From the NCBI GenBank assembly GCA_965222605.1, contig OZ244960.1:512001-576000 (forward strand): 64,000 nt of DNA, in the 5' to 3' direction. Every line of letters begins with the position of its first letter. The first letter of the stretch is position 1. Both the position numbers and the translations under genes were made by a program. Origin of the DNA: Candidatus Latescibacterota bacterium. Lineage in GTDB: Bacteria > Latescibacterota > UBA2968. The notes under the pieces are model-generated. The model saw only the letters and a program-made list of their open reading frames with translations, was not told where the DNA came from and did not search any database. This document shows, piece by piece, positions 61,187 through 64,000 of this stretch.

Positions 61187-63625
61187 ATGCATACCACAAA
61201 AAAATCTGTCGCTATCGCCTTGTTGTGCTTCATCTCCTTTACACCACTTGCAGCACAAGAGGCGCAGATCGACTCCCTCATCGCCCTTGGCAAAGCCCAC
61301 TTTGAGGCAGGCAATCAAGACAAAGCCATCACCGCTTTGAACGAGGCCGTCAGCCGGGGGCCGCACCGCATTCAAACCTACCTGACTGTCGGCGATATTT
61401 ACCTCAACGCCGGGCATCTAAACCAGGCCATGAAGGCGTATCAAGAAGCCCTCGATCTCAACGATGCCTCTCCAGAAGCCCAAACCGGTATTGCAGAAGT
61501 CCACTATCGCAAGGCATCCGGCGGCATCACTTCTATCTACCACGCTCGCAGAGCCGTCAGCACAGCCCGGCGTGCCACCCGACTCAATCCAGACTACGCC
61601 CCCGCCTACATCACTCTGGGCCGCGCCTACATCCGCCTGAACGAAAACTATACTGCAGCCGCTCGAGCCTTTGTCGCTGCGCTCGAACGCCAGCCCGACA
61701 ACCCCGAAATCGCCTACCTTCTCGGGGATGCCTATATCGAACTGGCCCGCAACGCAGACGGTGCCCAGCGCAACGCCCGAATGGTACTGGACGCAGCCAC
61801 CTTCAAACGCCTGGAACGCCATCTGGAAACTTCCCGTTTTCTGCCCATAGCTGCCCAGATTCTCTTCGACAAGGGGGTAGCGACAAAGGCCCTCGACACC
61901 TTCGAGCGCTACATCCAGACCTTGCCCGAAACCGAACAGGCCTATTACCGCGACATCACCTTTCTCGCCTCCAAACAGCAGATAGAGACCTACAACCAGA
62001 CGCCAGAAGAAAAGCGCCCCGCCTTCCTCAAACAATTCTGGGCCAAACGCGACTTCGATTTGCTCACCGAAGTCAACGAACGCCTCATCGAACATTATCG
62101 TCGGGTCTGGTATGCCCGGACACACTTCAGCCGAAGCCAAATCCCCTGGGATGCCCGAGGCGAGATATACATCCGCTACGGCGACCCCGACTATCGCGCA
62201 TATTCGGATCGCCAGAATCCGGACATGAATCCGGCTGTGACACAGATCAAAGAACGTCTGGCCCTGGCCCTTTACGGCCCGGAATCCCTCGACGAAACCT
62301 TTGTCGGGCCGGTCTATCCCGTGCGTAGCAACCAGTCGTTTGTAGGCGTGCTCGACCCGGCATCCATCCGGTACGTAGATGAGGGCGGCAACCTCCTCAG
62401 TGAAGATGCCCTCCTCGATGCAGCCGGCGAAGGAACAACAGATGAAGTCAATGAGAGTTTACAGGCGACCAGTGCATTCCAGAACTTTCTGCAAAGCCAG
62501 ATGCGACCGGAGAATGCCCACCACTATCGGCCCGTCACCTCTCAGGGAGATATGACCATCGTCCCCTGGGAAACCTGGATCTACACCCGAATCAGCGAGG
62601 GCATCGAAATTACCTTCACCGACGAATTGGGCAAGGGCCTCTACGGCTATGCGCCCATTCCGGACTTTCCCGAAGGGGAAGGCTCAATCGGCCTGCACCG
62701 GTTTTCCCAGTATGCCTATTACGCTCCCCAGGCCATTGCAGCGCGCACCGTCGCAGATATTCCGGAATACTACCGCCCCGGCGGGCCGATGTCGGGCCTC
62801 GAATTCTCCTACGACTTTGCCGACTTTCGCGCAGATAGTGGCCAGACCCGCCTCGAAGTCTATTATGCCATCGCCCCTTCCGAAATGGGCACCATTGCAT
62901 CCGGGGACACCAGCACCATTCTCGCCGATTGTGCGATTGTGCTGACCGACACGGCTTACACCCATATCTACCGGGAGGAAATCCCGCTCCGATACCGGGT
63001 CATCGGGCACCGCAAATGGCCCGAAGATGCTTTCATCCCCAACCTCCTCTCCCTGGACATCCCATCGGGAGATTACCTGCTCACCGTCCAGCTCAACGAC
63101 GCAGTAGCGGAGAGAAAGGGGATCTATCGGCACCGTATCCGCGTCGAACCCTACGGACCGGACGTCCTCCAGATCAGCGATATCCAGCTAAGCTGGAACA
63201 TCTCTGACCGGGGTGGAAATGCAAAATTCCGCAAGGGCGACGTCTGGGTCGTACCCATGACCACTCGGGCCTATCAGGAAAATCAAAGCGCCTATGCCTA
63301 CTACGAACTCTACAATCTCTCCCGCGACCACTTCGGACAGACCCGCTACCGGATTACCTACACCATCGGATCCGAAGACCCCAAACGGCCTTTCAACCTG
63401 GTGCGCAGTAGCTTTTCAGCCCTCACCAAACTCTTTCAACGGGAACAAAAGACCCAGGTCCGCGTCAGCTTCGACCAGACCGCCACGGAGACCTCGCCGA
63501 TCGGCTATTTTGAATTGAGCCTGAAAAAAGTCAGGCCCGGCTACAACCGCCTCACCGTCACAGTGGAAGACCTCAATAACGACCAGACCGCAACCAAAGA
63601 GATCCTGTTTCGCTACAAAAGATAA
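61187..63625 (+). CDS. TPR + GWxTD-domain exported protein (copy B)
   Basis: Colinear paralogue of 38195-40663 along its whole length. Confidence 0.88.
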   Translation: MHTTKKSVAIALLCFISFTPLAAQEAQIDSLIALGKAHFEAGNQDKAITALNEAVSRGPHRIQTYLTVGDIYLNAGHLNQAMKAYQEALDLNDASPEAQTGIAEVHYRKASGGITSIYHARRAVSTARRATRLNPDYAPAYITLGRAYIRLNENYTAAARAFVAALERQPDNPEIAYLLGDAYIELARNADGAQRNARMVLDAATFKRLERHLETSRFLPIAAQILFDKGVATKALDTFERYIQTLPETEQAYYRDITFLASKQQIETYNQTPEEKRPAFLKQFWAKRDFDLLTEVNERLIEHYRRVWYARTHFSRSQIPWDARGEIYIRYGDPDYRAYSDRQNPDMNPAVTQIKERLALALYGPESLDETFVGPVYPVRSNQSFVGVLDPASIRYVDEGGNLLSEDALLDAAGEGTTDEVNESLQATSAFQNFLQSQMRPENAHHYRPVTSQGDMTIVPWETWIYTRISEGIEITFTDELGKGLYGYAPIPDFPEGEGSIGLHRFSQYAYYAPQAIAARTVADIPEYYRPGGPMSGLEFSYDFADFRADSGQTRLEVYYAIAPSEMGTIASGDTSTILADCAIVLTDTAYTHIYREEIPLRYRVIGHRKWPEDAFIPNLLSLDIPSGDYLLTVQLNDAVAERKGIYRHRIRVEPYGPDVLQISDIQLSWNISDRGGNAKFRKGDVWVVPMTTRAYQENQSAYAYYELYNLSRDHFGQTRYRITYTIGSEDPKRPFNLVRSSFSALTKLFQREQKTQVRVSFDQTATETSPIGYFELSLKKVRPGYNRLTVTVEDLNNDQTATKEILFRYKR

Positions 63626-63651
63626 ATAGCAGCGGGGACTTATCTTATATT

Positions 63652-63684
63652 AAAAAAAAGAGGTGGCCGGATATCCGGCCACCC
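63652..63684. terminator. Intrinsic terminator between convergent genes
   Basis: A run then GGTGGCCGG-atat-CCGGCCACC. Confidence 0.75.
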
Positions 63685-63710
63685 TATTGTTGGAATTTTT
63701 CTGGAGACGT

Positions 63711-64000
63711 TTATAATTTGATCCCCATCGAAAAACGCAACGGCACCTCCAGATTGTAACGGCTTTTCTGCCAGGCGAAATCCATGGTGAGTACGCGCCC
63801 GACAATGGGCACCTTCAGCCCGCCCCCAGCTACGAAGCTGAAGACATCGTAGTTGAACATATACCCGGCACGCAGAGCCAGCACCTTCATCAGCCAGGCC
63901 TCCCCGCCCACATGGTAGCGCTCCTCGGCATTGACGGTAAAATTCATCTCAAATGCCCCGGTCAAGAAGAACGGGTCGCCCTTAGTGCCGTAAAGTTCTC
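63711..64000 (-). CDS. PorV/PorQ-family barrel, 3' end; continues beyond the window
   Basis: GDPFFLTGAFEMNF...EERYHVGGEAW...LALRAGYMF.YD matches the C-terminus of the 40733 gene. Confidence 0.85.
   Translation of the reverse strand, partial: ELYGTKGDPFFLTGAFEMNFTVNAEERYHVGGEAWLMKVLALRAGYMFNYDVFSFVAGGGLKVPIVGRVLTMDFAWQKSRYNLEVPLRFSMGIKL

Overview
Gene-dense bacterial chromosomal window with no rRNA, tRNA, CRISPR array or transposase visible. The gene families (GWxTD proteins, PorV-like barrels, a T9SS-CTD-like cargo, DUF6785 membrane proteins, ASPIC/UnbV proteins, a cohesin/EF-hand/LRR/cadherin/YWTD surface protein) suggest an FCB-group organism such as Latescibacterota or Gemmatimonadota, possibly host-associated; this is inference only. 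Layout: (1) 1-9.6 kb transport genes (ABC + DUF1854, RND, LecA-like lectin + ATPase-less NitT/TauT ABC) and a bactofilin remnant; (2) a ~28 kb minus-strand run (9.6-38 kb) of amidase/oxidoreductases, GT2, UnbU/UnbV-like and FG-GAP proteins, PL11-like lyases, two DUF6785 proteins, TPR-redoxin, TolB-like protein and an octaheme-HEAT-TPR lipoprotein; (3) an OMP-TBDR-CTD cargo-PorV operon convergent on a TPR-GWxTD gene, with the GWxTD><PorV junction repeated at the window end; (4) a ~5.5 kb insert, bounded by 14-bp imperfect direct repeats, carrying a frameshifted and truncated mosaic surface-protein gene next to tandem LacI paralogues; (5) an FGE-like + di-heme peroxidase pair and an Ogl-like/fn3 protein. 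The best candidate for an undescribed system is the repeated TBDR/cargo/PorV/GWxTD cassette. All family calls come from motif recognition by eye, not database searches.
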